Below the pieces are notes generated by a model that did not search any database, was not told the DNA's origin, and worked only from the letters and a program-made list of their open reading frames with translations. Both the position numbers and the translations under genes were made by a program. A stretch of DNA of 49,897 bases from the NCBI GenBank assembly GCA_002255585.1, contig NCBJ01000007.1:1-49897 (forward strand), given 5' to 3'. This DNA is from Parcubacteria group bacterium 21-54-25. GTDB lineage: Bacteria > Patescibacteriota > Minisyncoccia > Phycocordibacterales > Phycocordibacteraceae. Positions 31,379 through 40,831 of the stretch are shown here, piece by piece. The number at the start of each line of letters is the position of its first letter. Positions within the stretch are counted from its first letter, which is position 1.

Positions 31379-33013
31379 CTATCGTCGTGTTCTCCTTGGG
31401 CGCGCGCGTGTTGCCGTCGGCGTGTTCGGGCGTGTTTTCTCAGTGGGCACGGCGGCATCTATTTCCATCAGTGCGGTGCGAATGTGTCGTCGCGCAAGCG
31501 TCGTGCGAGCATATTCGAGCCATTTCGTGGTTGGATGCACCGTCTTGCGTGTGAGAATCTCTACGATGTCTCCGTTTGCAAGCGGGGAATCAAATGACGC
31601 GAGTTTGCCGTTGACCTTTGCCCCCTGCATGTGGTTTCCGATATCGCTATGTATTGCGTACGCAAAATCAATCGGCGTGGAGCGTATGGGAAGATCAACG
31701 ACATCACCCATTGGAGTGAACACAAACACGCGATGCGAAAAGAAATCTTCCTTAAGACCGGTAATAAATTCGTCCGCTCCGGTAATCGACGTATGCGCTT
31801 CCGCAAGTTCTGAGAGCCAGGGAGGCATAAATGCAGAATTAGATTTTTCCGTATGCGCTATCTTTGGCGATGTTTCCACCACTGCATCGCGTTTCGATAA
31901 ATGCAAGAGCGAGGGGATTAAGCCGCGAATCCATGCGAGCGAAAAACGTTCGAATGAGGCCTTGGGGGCGTTTTTCCCAAGCGTTTTGTACGTCATGTGT
32001 GAGGCAATGCCGAATTGTGCGTGGCGGTGCATTTCCTCGGTGCGTACTTGCATTTCCACGGTGCCCGCATCACCCGTAACAACGGTTGTGTGGAGCGATT
32101 GATATCCATTTGGTTTGGGAAAGGCAATATAATCTTTAAAGTTTCCTGGGAGTGGTTTCCATAATGCGTGAATAGCACCGAGCACCGGGTAGCAGTCTTC
32201 CAGTTTTGGCACGATAACGCGCAGGGCCGCAATATCATGAATTTGGGTTATGTCGTCGTGTTTGCGTTTAAGTTTTTGATGCAGGCTCCACAATCCTTTC
32301 ATACGAATTTCAGTATGGAAACCAGTGAGCCCTCGTCTGACGAGCTCGCGCTGGAGCGTCTTCTTAGCATGCGCAAGTCCTTCTTCAGTTTCTTTGCCCA
32401 TGAGTTTCCGCACTTCGGCGGTGTGTCGGTAGGCGTCAGGGTCAATATAGGGAAACGCAAGATCCTCGAGCTCACGTTTGAGGCGTCCCATACCAAGTCG
32501 ATCTGCAATGGGCGCGAAAATCTCCATGGTCTCAAGCGCGATGCGTCGCTGTTTGTGTTTCGGCACATACTCGAGCGTCGTCATGTTATGGTAGCGATCG
32601 ACAAGTTTAATAATGAGTACACGAATATCTGCCGATGTCGCAACCAGGAGCCGGCGCAGCGATTCCGCGTGTCGCTCGGCCCCGCGATATTTGTGTCGAC
32701 CAAGTTTCGTCACGCCACGCACCAAGAACAGCACCTCGTCGCCAAACACCTGCGCAACGGCTTCGTCAGTGGTGTCGGTGTCCTCAATGGCGTCATGCAG
32801 AAGACCTGCCGCGACCGTTTGCGCATCGAGGTGCATCGACGCAAGCTGTTTCGCCACTGCCGCAGGGTGCAAAAAATACGGTTCGCCAGAATATCGCTGG
32901 TGCCCTTCGTGTGCTTTTTTTGCGAAGTCGTACGCCGTGCGGATGAGTGTTTCGTCTTCGGGTGAGGGCGAAACCATTTCTCCAATAATGTCCTTAACGG
33001 TCGTCATGCGCAC
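31379..33013 (-). CDS. Bifunctional (p)ppGpp synthetase/hydrolase (RelA/SpoT homologue, short form)
   Basis: HD domain 'HEGHQRYSGEPYFLHP...HDAIEDT', a synthetase core, and TGS 'VFVFTPMGDVVDLPIRSTPIDFAY'. It has an Arg/Pro-rich tail and no ACT domain. Confidence 0.88.
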   Translation of the reverse strand: MRMTTVKDIIGEMVSPSPEDETLIRTAYDFAKKAHEGHQRYSGEPYFLHPAAVAKQLASMHLDAQTVAAGLLHDAIEDTDTTDEAVAQVFGDEVLFLVRGVTKLGRHKYRGAERHAESLRRLLVATSADIRVLIIKLVDRYHNMTTLEYVPKHKQRRIALETMEIFAPIADRLGMGRLKRELEDLAFPYIDPDAYRHTAEVRKLMGKETEEGLAHAKKTLQRELVRRGLTGFHTEIRMKGLWSLHQKLKRKHDDITQIHDIAALRVIVPKLEDCYPVLGAIHALWKPLPGNFKDYIAFPKPNGYQSLHTTVVTGDAGTVEMQVRTEEMHRHAQFGIASHMTYKTLGKNAPKASFERFSLAWIRGLIPSLLHLSKRDAVVETSPKIAHTEKSNSAFMPPWLSELAEAHTSITGADEFITGLKEDFFSHRVFVFTPMGDVVDLPIRSTPIDFAYAIHSDIGNHMQGAKVNGKLASFDSPLANGDIVEILTRKTVHPTTKWLEYARTTLARRHIRTALMEIDAAVPTEKTRPNTPTATRARPRRTRR

Positions 33014-33083
33014 AGTCTACGGGTATTGCCGAGTGCGTGCAAATGATGGTAGTCGGTGCGCATAGTGCCACGCGACGTATGAT

Positions 33084-35504
33084 TTATGCTAAAAATGTAG
33101 CGGCTTCGGTCGGCGTTAGGGTGTCAGCATTTGTGCTCTCTGGGAGGTAGACGCGGCGCAATCCTTTCTTCAAGAAGAGTCCCTGTTTTGATTTGTAGAG
33201 TGTCAGCATACGGCCGGTCATGGGGTGGTGGCCAATATCGCGCACCAGCGTGGCGCCTTTTGGTGGTGGTTTGGGAATGGCGAGAAGCGCAATCGAGCGG
33301 TCTAGCGTGATTGTATACGGGTCGTCAGCGCCTTTAAGTGATCGAAATTCGCCGTTGTGCGCAATGTAGGGGCCGAAGCGCCCGGTGTTTGCTGTGACGG
33401 GCAAGCCGCTTTCCGGATGTGTGCCGAGTTCGCGCGGAAGTGAGAGATACTTGAGCGCATCCTCAAGCGTGACCGTGGTTGGATCTTTTCCGGGCGGGAT
33501 GCTCGCTCGCTTCGCCTCGATTTTCTTTTTTTTCGGCTTCCGCGCCGTCTTTTTTGTAGTTTTCTTCGCGATTTTCTTTTTTGATTTCTCTATCACGGGC
33601 TTTGGGAGAGGATCTTTTTCTGGAAGCGGCATCTCGACATAGGGGCCGTAGCGTCCGGTGCGTACAAAAATAGGCTGGCCGCTTTCGGGGTCGGTTCCAA
33701 TGGGTTCATCCGGTTTAATTTCTGAACCGTCTTCCTGGCGTGCGCCGATACAGTCCGGGTAGCGCTTGCAACTCAAAAATACGCCACCGCGCCCGAGCTT
33801 GTACTCCATTAACCCGCCGCATACCGGACAAGGGAATTCGGAGGGACCCTCCCCGAGCGAGGTAGCTTTCGGGAGCGAGTCTTTCGCCTCGATGGCTTTT
33901 TTAAATGGTTGATAAAACGTTTCAAGCGTTTCTTGGTAGCTACGCTCGCCGCGCGATATTTCATCGAGCTCGTCTTCCATTTCTGCGGTGAATGAATCAC
34001 TGATGTAAGAAGAAAAGTGCTCTTCGAGCCAACCCGAGACGACCATTCCCGTTGCAGTGGGTACGAGCGAGCGCTGTGCTTTTTCCACGTATCCGCGATC
34101 TTGGATAGTTTTCATAATGCTGGCATAGGTCGACGGTCGGCCGATGCCGCGCTTCTCAAGTTCTTTGATAAGACCTGCTTCGGTATAGCGTCTTGGCGGC
34201 TCGGTTTGTTTCTCGGTCTCGGCGAGTGAGAGAAGCGTGAGAACGTCGCCCTCAGTGAGCTTTGGTAATTCGACGTCTTCGCCGCGTGCCGCAGTATCGA
34301 GAGCAAGCCAGCCGGGGAAAAGCACGCGTGAACCCGTAGTCGTAAATGTTGGGATATCCGTGTTGGCTTGTGTGGTGACGCTCGTGCGTTCAATGCGCGC
34401 TGCCGCCATTTGTGAGGTAAGTGCCCGTGTGCGAATGAGTTCGTATAGACGATGTTCGTCAGGTGTTGCGCCCGCCTGCGTGCGTGTGGGCTCGGTTGGG
34501 CGTACTGCCTCGTGCGCCTCCTGAGCATTTTTGCTGGCGGTCTTGTACGTGCGTACGCGTAGAAAATCTTTACCAAAATCGTGCTCGACGACCTGCGCCA
34601 TTTTTGCGATAGCTTCCTTGGCGAGATTGACCGAATCGGTACGCATATAGGTGATATGGCCCGCTTCGTAGAGTTTTTGCGCAGCGCGCATGGTGCGCGA
34701 CGGCGAGAATCCAAGACGCGTTGATGCGGTTTGCTGGAGTGTCGAGGTTGTAAAGGGCGGGCGTGGTGTACGTTCTTCGGCGCGTACCGCGATAGCGCTG
34801 ACCACCCAGGTAGCCTTCTTTCCGTCGCGCACAATGCGCGCTGCCTCGTCTGCTGTTTTTGGTTCTTCTGTGCAGTGCGCTGGAAACTCTCCGCCCTGCG
34901 CCTTGAACAAAGCATCGATAATGAAATACGTCTCTGGTACAAACGCTTTGATTTCTCGTTCTCGCTCTGCGAGGATACGCAGCGCCGGTGACTGCACTCG
35001 CCCAGCCGAAAGTCCATAGCGTACTTTTTTCCAAATGAGGCCCGAGAGGTCGTAGCCGACGATGCGGTCGAGCACACGCCGCGCCTCTTGGGCGTGGCGC
35101 AAGTGCTGGTCAATGCTGCGTGGATGGGCAAGCGCTTCTTCCACAGCGTGTTTGGTTATTTCATGAAAGACAACACGTTTTGGTTTCTTGAGTCCCGTCG
35201 TCTCGGCGATGTGCCACGCAATCGCTTCGCCCTCGCGGTCGGGATCAGTCGCAAGAAAGATGTCGCTCGCCTTCGCAGCCGCTTTCTTGATGCGCTCGAT
35301 GATTTCACGTTTTTCGGCAGGCACGACGTATGTTGGCGTAAAGCCATGCGCCACGTCGACGGCGTCCTTGTTGCTTTTGGGTAGATCACGCACATGTCCC
35401 ACGGATGCGAGCACCTCGTATTCTTTACCGAGGTACGCACCGATAGTGCGCGCTTTGGTCGGCGATTCAACGATGAGTAGTTTTTTGGCCACGTCCACAC
35501 TCAT
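33084..35504 (-). CDS. topA: DNA topoisomerase I
   Basis: TOPRIM 'LLIVESPTKA', 'DPDREGEAIAWH', catalytic 'ITYMRTDS', a C-terminal Zn ribbon 'CPVCGG...CKRYPDC' and a Lys-rich tract. Confidence 0.92.
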   Translation of the reverse strand: MSVDVAKKLLIVESPTKARTIGAYLGKEYEVLASVGHVRDLPKSNKDAVDVAHGFTPTYVVPAEKREIIERIKKAAAKASDIFLATDPDREGEAIAWHIAETTGLKKPKRVVFHEITKHAVEEALAHPRSIDQHLRHAQEARRVLDRIVGYDLSGLIWKKVRYGLSAGRVQSPALRILAEREREIKAFVPETYFIIDALFKAQGGEFPAHCTEEPKTADEAARIVRDGKKATWVVSAIAVRAEERTPRPPFTTSTLQQTASTRLGFSPSRTMRAAQKLYEAGHITYMRTDSVNLAKEAIAKMAQVVEHDFGKDFLRVRTYKTASKNAQEAHEAVRPTEPTRTQAGATPDEHRLYELIRTRALTSQMAAARIERTSVTTQANTDIPTFTTTGSRVLFPGWLALDTAARGEDVELPKLTEGDVLTLLSLAETEKQTEPPRRYTEAGLIKELEKRGIGRPSTYASIMKTIQDRGYVEKAQRSLVPTATGMVVSGWLEEHFSSYISDSFTAEMEDELDEISRGERSYQETLETFYQPFKKAIEAKDSLPKATSLGEGPSEFPCPVCGGLMEYKLGRGGVFLSCKRYPDCIGARQEDGSEIKPDEPIGTDPESGQPIFVRTGRYGPYVEMPLPEKDPLPKPVIEKSKKKIAKKTTKKTARKPKKKKIEAKRASIPPGKDPTTVTLEDALKYLSLPRELGTHPESGLPVTANTGRFGPYIAHNGEFRSLKGADDPYTITLDRSIALLAIPKPPPKGATLVRDIGHHPMTGRMLTLYKSKQGLFLKKGLRRVYLPESTNADTLTPTEAATFLA

Positions 35505-35689
35505 ACCGCGAAACCTCACCTGCGGTCAAGTCGGTCGCGCACCTGCGATGGGGGTACTGTGTGTAAACGGGCATACATTCACTCACGTTATGCGCAGATA
35601 GGTCGGTGGGTATAGTAAAGGTACTACGGAGCGATACGTACGATAGTGCGGTTTGCGGCGGAGCGGAGATATGCGGCAGGTACTGTCGA

Positions 35690-36553
35690 TCACACGCGTC
35701 GCCATGCGCCGAACTCTTCCTTCAGAAGCCCGCGTAGCTCAAGTGATACCAGTGCCGAAAGTGCTTCGTGCGCTGGGAGTTTTGCATTTCGGACCAGTTC
35801 ATCGCGTGGGAGTGGATTTTCAAGAAGTGCATAGACGGCCTGTTCCGCGTTTGAGAGGTCTTGCGGCTCCGGGCGCGTTTCTTTTAGTGTTTCGTCCGAC
35901 GCAATACGGAGCGCTTCCAGCAGATGCTGTGGCTCGGTTACCATAGTCGCGCCAAGCCGCAGGAAAATATGTGCCCCAAATCCGTGTGGGTCGCCGATGC
36001 GGTGGGGAACGCACAGCAGCTCGCGATTGTACTCACCTGCAAGTCGTGCGGTGATGAGCGTGCCCGAGCGCTCGCCGGCCTCGACAACAAGAACGGCGTC
36101 AGCGAGTCCGACCATGAGACGGTTTCTTGAAGGGAAGTCGTACGGGTGCGCCGCGTACGTGGGCTCGTGCTCCGAAAGGAGTGCGCCGCCACTGGCAAGA
36201 ATGTCGCGGGCAAGTGGCAGGTTTGTGCGCGGACCAATGACTGTGTCGTCGAGTCCCGAGCCCGGGATAGCAACCGTGTGGAGTCCGGCAGAGAGCGCGG
36301 CGCGGTGTGCTGCGGCGTCGGTGCCAAGCGCTAGCCCCGAGACAACGGACACCGGGTAGCCAGAGAGGCCACCAATAAGCATGGCGACCGCCTCGCGCCC
36401 GTAGCTCGTGAGTGCACGCGAACCTACGACCGCTAAGTACTTGGTATCCGTCGCTGGCCAGCTCCCGCGCATCCAGAGCCGCTTTGGTGGCTGGGGGATT
36501 TCGCGCAGCTGCAGGGGCAGGCTCCTTGTTTGCAACTCGCGTACTTCCATCAC
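35690..36553 (-). CDS. dprA: DNA-processing protein DprA (Smf)
   Basis: 'VVGSRALTSYGREA', 'VSGLALGTDAAAHRAAL', 'VVEAGERSGTLITA'. The dprA-topA synteny is typical. Confidence 0.85.
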   Translation of the reverse strand: MMEVRELQTRSLPLQLREIPQPPKRLWMRGSWPATDTKYLAVVGSRALTSYGREAVAMLIGGLSGYPVSVVSGLALGTDAAAHRAALSAGLHTVAIPGSGLDDTVIGPRTNLPLARDILASGGALLSEHEPTYAAHPYDFPSRNRLMVGLADAVLVVEAGERSGTLITARLAGEYNRELLCVPHRIGDPHGFGAHIFLRLGATMVTEPQHLLEALRIASDETLKETRPEPQDLSNAEQAVYALLENPLPRDELVRNAKLPAHEALSALVSLELRGLLKEEFGAWRRV

Positions 36554-36623
36554 TCCTTATAATACTCCATCTAATTGAGTACAAAATGACCCGCCGTGTG
36601 GCGGGTCATGGACAGGGATGGCG

Positions 36624-36890
36624 TTACTTATCCATCATCCCGGCAAACTGTCTGAACTCTGGATCCGCGATCATCTGTGTCGCCCATTTACTACCTCCGA
36701 TGGACGCAAGCAGACGATGCGCCATTGACTCTTTAGACACCAAGCCAGCATCATCATCAAATGATTGAAGGCCCAATGCGCCACTGACTTTACGTGCGAG
36801 GCGGTATTTCAACTGCTGGTCAGCGGTAAGGGCGTCATACCACTGTTTGTGACGTTCCGTTGCCGCGGCAATTTCCTTTTGGTCCATCAT
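36624..36890 (-). CDS. Hypothetical small protein (88 aa)
   Basis: ATGATG start preceded by a GAGGAG Shine-Dalgarno sequence. This is the only part of ORF 36624..37526 that does not lie antisense to serS. Confidence 0.5.
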   Translation of the reverse strand: MMDQKEIAAATERHKQWYDALTADQQLKYRLARKVSGALGLQSFDDDAGLVSKESMAHRLLASIGGSKWATQMIADPEFRQFAGMMDK

Positions 36891-36983
36891 CGTGCTCCTC
36901 TGCTTGTCTCCAAATGGTTCCGTCGAGAGCGTAGCACACGCTCGCTTCCCGAACCAGCCAGAATGCCGTAAAATAATCAGTAT

Positions 36984-38252
36984 ATGCTCGATATCAAATT
37001 TATTCGGGAAAATGCAGACCTGGTGAAGGCTGGTGCCGTAAAAAAGAACTTGCCGGTCGACATAGACCGGCTGCTTGCCGTTGATGACGCGCGCAAGCAA
37101 GTACGCCAGGCGCTCGACGAAAAACGCGCCGAGCAAAATCGTATGAGCAACACCATTGCGCTTGCTAAGGGCGAGGAGCGCCAGAAATATATTGAGGGCA
37201 TGCGCCACCTCAAGGATGGCATGATCGAGCTGGAGGAACGGTACAAGAGCGTCATGGGGGAATGGCAGGCGCTTATGCTCACGGTACCAAATATTCCAGA
37301 CATCTCCGTGCCAGAAGGACAAAGTGACGCCGATAACAAAGAAGTAAAGCGGTGGGGAGAACCGACCGCTTTTCCATTTCGTCCGAGGGATCATGTCGAA
37401 CTGATGACCACGCTCGATATGGTGGATCTCGAGCGTGGTGCGAAGATTGCCGGTTTTCGTGGCTACTTCCTTAAAAACGATGGGGTACGACTTGCAAACG
37501 CCGTGTGGCAACTTGCACTCGAGCATTTCAGTGGAAAAGGATTTACGCCTATGATGGTGCCCTCCCTCGTACGTCAGCAGATGCTGTTTGGGACTGGCTA
37601 TTTGCCTGACGGCGAAGACGATCTCTACAAAACGCAGGACAGCGACTATCTTTCCGGAACGGCCGAGGTAGCGACAATGGGCTACTACATGGACGAAGTG
37701 CTTGAGCGCAGCACGCTACCGGTGAAGTTCCTCTCCTTCGCGCCCTCTTTCCGCCGCGAAGCAGGTGCGCACGGCAAAGATGTGCGCGGCCTCATACGGG
37801 TACATGAGTTTTTTAAGTGGGAACAAGTCGTGCTGTGTCGAGCAGAGCATGACGAGTCAGTGCGCCTACATGAATGGCTGAATCGAAATACTGAAGAGTT
37901 TATCGAGCGCCTCGCTATTCCGTATCACACGGTGGTGAATTGTGCTGGCGACCTTGGTCTCGGGCAGGTGAAAAAATACGACATCGAGCTATGGGTACCC
38001 GCCGAAGAAACCTATCGTGAGATTAGCTCAGCATCGTATTTCCATGATTTTCAAGCACGACGTTTAAATATTCGTTACCGTGATGAGGACGGCACATTAC
38101 GTTTTGTGCACTCACTTAACGCGACCGCCATTCCGACACCACGCATTCTTGTCTCTATTGTGGAAAATTATCAACAAGCGGACGGGACAGTCCGCGTGCC
38201 CGATGCACTCGTTCCATACATGGGCAAAAAGGTGATTGGGCATGACGCCTAA
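36984..38252 (+). CDS. serS: Seryl-tRNA synthetase
   Basis: N-terminal coiled-coil arm 'MLDIKFIRENADLV' and class II motifs ('FRRE', 'GTAEVA', 'TAIPTPRILV'). Confidence 0.92.
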   Translation: MLDIKFIRENADLVKAGAVKKNLPVDIDRLLAVDDARKQVRQALDEKRAEQNRMSNTIALAKGEERQKYIEGMRHLKDGMIELEERYKSVMGEWQALMLTVPNIPDISVPEGQSDADNKEVKRWGEPTAFPFRPRDHVELMTTLDMVDLERGAKIAGFRGYFLKNDGVRLANAVWQLALEHFSGKGFTPMMVPSLVRQQMLFGTGYLPDGEDDLYKTQDSDYLSGTAEVATMGYYMDEVLERSTLPVKFLSFAPSFRREAGAHGKDVRGLIRVHEFFKWEQVVLCRAEHDESVRLHEWLNRNTEEFIERLAIPYHTVVNCAGDLGLGQVKKYDIELWVPAEETYREISSASYFHDFQARRLNIRYRDEDGTLRFVHSLNATAIPTPRILVSIVENYQQADGTVRVPDALVPYMGKKVIGHDA

Positions 38253-39204
38253 GCGCCACGATGTTGTACGGCGGCCGCGCACGGTTGTCCAACACAGTGC
38301 TACTCAGCGTAGTGTCGGCGGGCGACTTGGCATGCGCCGGCGCAGGGCACGCCTGCGACTTTTCAGCGTGCTCTTGGCACTCGGTATTTTCCTCGGCATA
38401 CTTGTGGTTATTGGTTTGTGGCAGCCATCGGTACGTATTGAACATATCGCAATTACTTCGGGTGACACCGGACTCGTACCGTCGGTGCAGCAGGCATTGA
38501 CAGGCACCTATGCGGGTATTGTTCCCCGCAATTCTATTTTCTTTTTCTCCGCGGCCAGTGTGCGTGATGCGGTGCTTGCTGCTGACCCAACCATAGCCGC
38601 CGTTTCGGTAACACGCACCGGCCTCAATGCAATTGCGGTTACGCCAGACTCGCGTACACCGCTTGCTCGTTGGTGTGGCGTAGCGCAGACGGAGATGCCG
38701 ACTGACACGCTGCTGCAGGACATTGCGCCCAGCACAACCGGCTCCTGCTACCTTTTTGACAGCACGGGGTTTCTGTATGCGTCGACGCCTGCACCGAGCA
38801 TTGCGAGCACCTCGGTAACTTTTGCGAGTACCACTGCATCCGTGCAAAACGAAGCGCCACTCGTTCCGTTTCCTATCTACGCACCGCTTATCGCCTCATC
38901 CTCACCACCGCTCTTGCAAACGATTGCGAACGCAAACAAGCTCCCGGCACTGTTTGACTTCGCACGTCAACTACGCACTTTTGGCACACAGGTCGTCGCC
39001 GCGGTCATTCGCGGCGACGAGGTGGATCTTTTTCTCACGAGCGGTACGCGTATCACCTATGTGCTCGGCAATGAGCAGGGCGCGTACGCACTTCTTGCAG
39101 CCGTCAAAGATAAAATCACGCTTTCCGACGGCTCGCTGATTTATGTGGATTTACGCTTTCCAGATAAGGTATATTTCTTAGCAAGAAATGGCACCCTAAA
39201 ATGA
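38242..39204 (+). CDS. FtsQ-like (POTRA domain) cell-division protein
   Basis: Basic N-terminus, one TM segment ('LFSVLLALGIFLGILVVIGLW'), then 'VRIEHIAITS....' POTRA-like segments. The ATG overlaps the serS end by 11 nt. Confidence 0.55.
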   Translation: MTPKRHDVVRRPRTVVQHSATQRSVGGRLGMRRRRARLRLFSVLLALGIFLGILVVIGLWQPSVRIEHIAITSGDTGLVPSVQQALTGTYAGIVPRNSIFFFSAASVRDAVLAADPTIAAVSVTRTGLNAIAVTPDSRTPLARWCGVAQTEMPTDTLLQDIAPSTTGSCYLFDSTGFLYASTPAPSIASTSVTFASTTASVQNEAPLVPFPIYAPLIASSSPPLLQTIANANKLPALFDFARQLRTFGTQVVAAVIRGDEVDLFLTSGTRITYVLGNEQGAYALLAAVKDKITLSDGSLIYVDLRFPDKVYFLARNGTLK

Positions 39205-39236
39205 CCGACGACGCGGCACACTGCATCTGTGAGGAC

Positions 39237-39264
39237 TTGATTTACTGGACGACAGCATTAGTGT
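39237..39264 (+). promoter_or_regulatory. Promoter of the dus gene; a leaderless transcript is likely
   Basis: TTGATT (39237-39242), 16-nt spacer, TAGTGT (39259-39264). The ATG follows 6 nt later. Confidence 0.45.
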
Positions 39265-39270
39265 AGCGCT

Positions 39271-40281
39271 ATGGAGTCATTTTGGAACCAGAGCACGCGG
39301 CCGCGCATGGTGCTCGCGCCTATGGCCGACGTGACCGACGCGGCCTACCGTCGACTCATCGCGCAGGTGGGCAAGCCCGACGTGATGTGGACCGAATTTG
39401 TGTCGGCAGACGGGCTGTATCACACACGCGAGATACAGCGACTACCTGACGCCGAGAATCCGCTCATGCGCGATCTTGCGTACACGGATGGGGAACGACC
39501 AATTGTCGCGCAGTTTTTTGGCAGTAAACCAGAAATGATTGCGTATGCTGCCGGCCCTGCTGTCACACTCGGTTTTGACGGCGTCGATATAAATATGGGT
39601 TGTCCTGATCGCTCAATCGAGAAGCAGGGTGCGGGCGCCGCGCTTATAAAAGACCCTGTGCGTGCAGCAGAGCTCATTGCCGCTGCTAAGGACGGTGCTC
39701 TGCGCGCAGGGCGACCGCTGCCGGTTTCTGTTAAGACCCGTATTGGTTACAACAAGGAGATACTCGATGAGTGGATTCCCGTGCTACTTGCTGCCCGGCC
39801 CGCCGCTATCACGGTACACTTGCGTACGAGGAAAGAGATGTCGCTTGTGCCGGCTCATTGGGAGCTTATGCGTCGCGTGGTTGCACTTCGCGACGCCGCA
39901 GGCCAAGACACGCTCGTGCTCGGAAATGGCGATGTGCGCGATTTGGAGGATGCCAAACGAAAGGCAGTAGAAACGGGCGCCGACGGCATTATGCTCGGAC
40001 GTGCCATTTTTGGGAATCCATGGCTTTTTACCGGCCGTACGCATGACGATACATCACCCGCTGAACGGCTCGCCGCGCTCATAACGCTCGCGCGCTATTT
40101 TGAGGAGCTCACTCCGCCCAAGCATTTCCAGATACTTAAGAAACACATTAAGGCGTTTGTGAGTGATTTTAACGGTGCTGCAGAATTACGTGCCGCGTTG
40201 ATGGCCACCACCCGAGCGACTGAGCTCGCCGCTCGGGTGGTGGAGTACGAGGCGCGCACCCACACCGCCACGCGTCGGTAA
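39271..40281 (+). CDS. tRNA-dihydrouridine synthase
   Basis: 'VLAPMADVTDAAYR', 'GVDINMGCP', 'VSVKTRIG'. Confidence 0.85.
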   Translation: MESFWNQSTRPRMVLAPMADVTDAAYRRLIAQVGKPDVMWTEFVSADGLYHTREIQRLPDAENPLMRDLAYTDGERPIVAQFFGSKPEMIAYAAGPAVTLGFDGVDINMGCPDRSIEKQGAGAALIKDPVRAAELIAAAKDGALRAGRPLPVSVKTRIGYNKEILDEWIPVLLAARPAAITVHLRTRKEMSLVPAHWELMRRVVALRDAAGQDTLVLGNGDVRDLEDAKRKAVETGADGIMLGRAIFGNPWLFTGRTHDDTSPAERLAALITLARYFEELTPPKHFQILKKHIKAFVSDFNGAAELRAALMATTRATELAARVVEYEARTHTATRR

Positions 40282-40303
40282 GAATTGATGGTAGGGTACG
40301 TCT

Positions 40304-40831
40304 ATGATTCAAGGCGACAACGCTATGCAGCAAGAACGTTTTCTCAAGGCATACGACCAGTTTGCCGACGGGGTGTTTCGCTATGGTATCGTGAAGCTCT
40401 CAAACCGTGACGCAGCACTCGATCTCACACAAGATACTTTCATGCGCTATTGGAACCATCTGCGTCGAGGCGGCGCAGTCGAACACGAACAGGCATTCAT
40501 TTTTACGATTGCCCGCCGGCTTGTAATTGATCGCTATCGCGCCAAACGCACCACCTCGCTTGACCAGTTGCGTGAAAATAATGGATTTGAGCCCGTCGAC
40601 GGGCACACGACTTCACCCGAAGAAGCTGCAGATGCGCATCGTGCGATGGCGCTGGTGAATCGTCTCCCACAAGAATATCGCGATGTGCTAACCTTGCGGT
40701 ATATTGAGGGGCTTGGTCCAAGAGATATTGCCTCCGTTACGAATCTTTCCGCAAACGTTGTCTCGGTGCGTCTGCATCGTGGCATCGCCAAGCTGCGTGC
40801 ACTTATGCATACCCATCACGACAATGACTAA
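40304..40831 (+). CDS. ECF-type RNA polymerase sigma factor
   Basis: Region 2 'DLTQDTFMRYW' and region 4 'DVLTLRYIEGLGPRDIASVTNLSANVVSVRLHRGIAKLR'. Confidence 0.8.
   Translation: MIQGDNAMQQERFLKAYDQFADGVFRYGIVKLSNRDAALDLTQDTFMRYWNHLRRGGAVEHEQAFIFTIARRLVIDRYRAKRTTSLDQLRENNGFEPVDGHTTSPEEAADAHRAMALVNRLPQEYRDVLTLRYIEGLGPRDIASVTNLSANVVSVRLHRGIAKLRALMHTHHDND

Noticed and set aside
33500-33610. Low-complexity A/T- and G-rich repeat-looking tract
   Set aside because: It lies in frame within topA and encodes the Lys-rich linker (KKKIAKKTTKKTARKPKKKKIEAKR) between the C-terminal Zn-ribbon repeats. It is coding sequence, not a DNA repeat element.
36891-37526. The long part of ORF 36624..37526 (300 aa) on the minus strand
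   Set aside because: It lies antisense to the well-supported serS gene. Only the last 88 codons, which have their own Shine-Dalgarno sequence and ATG in the intergenic region, are plausible.
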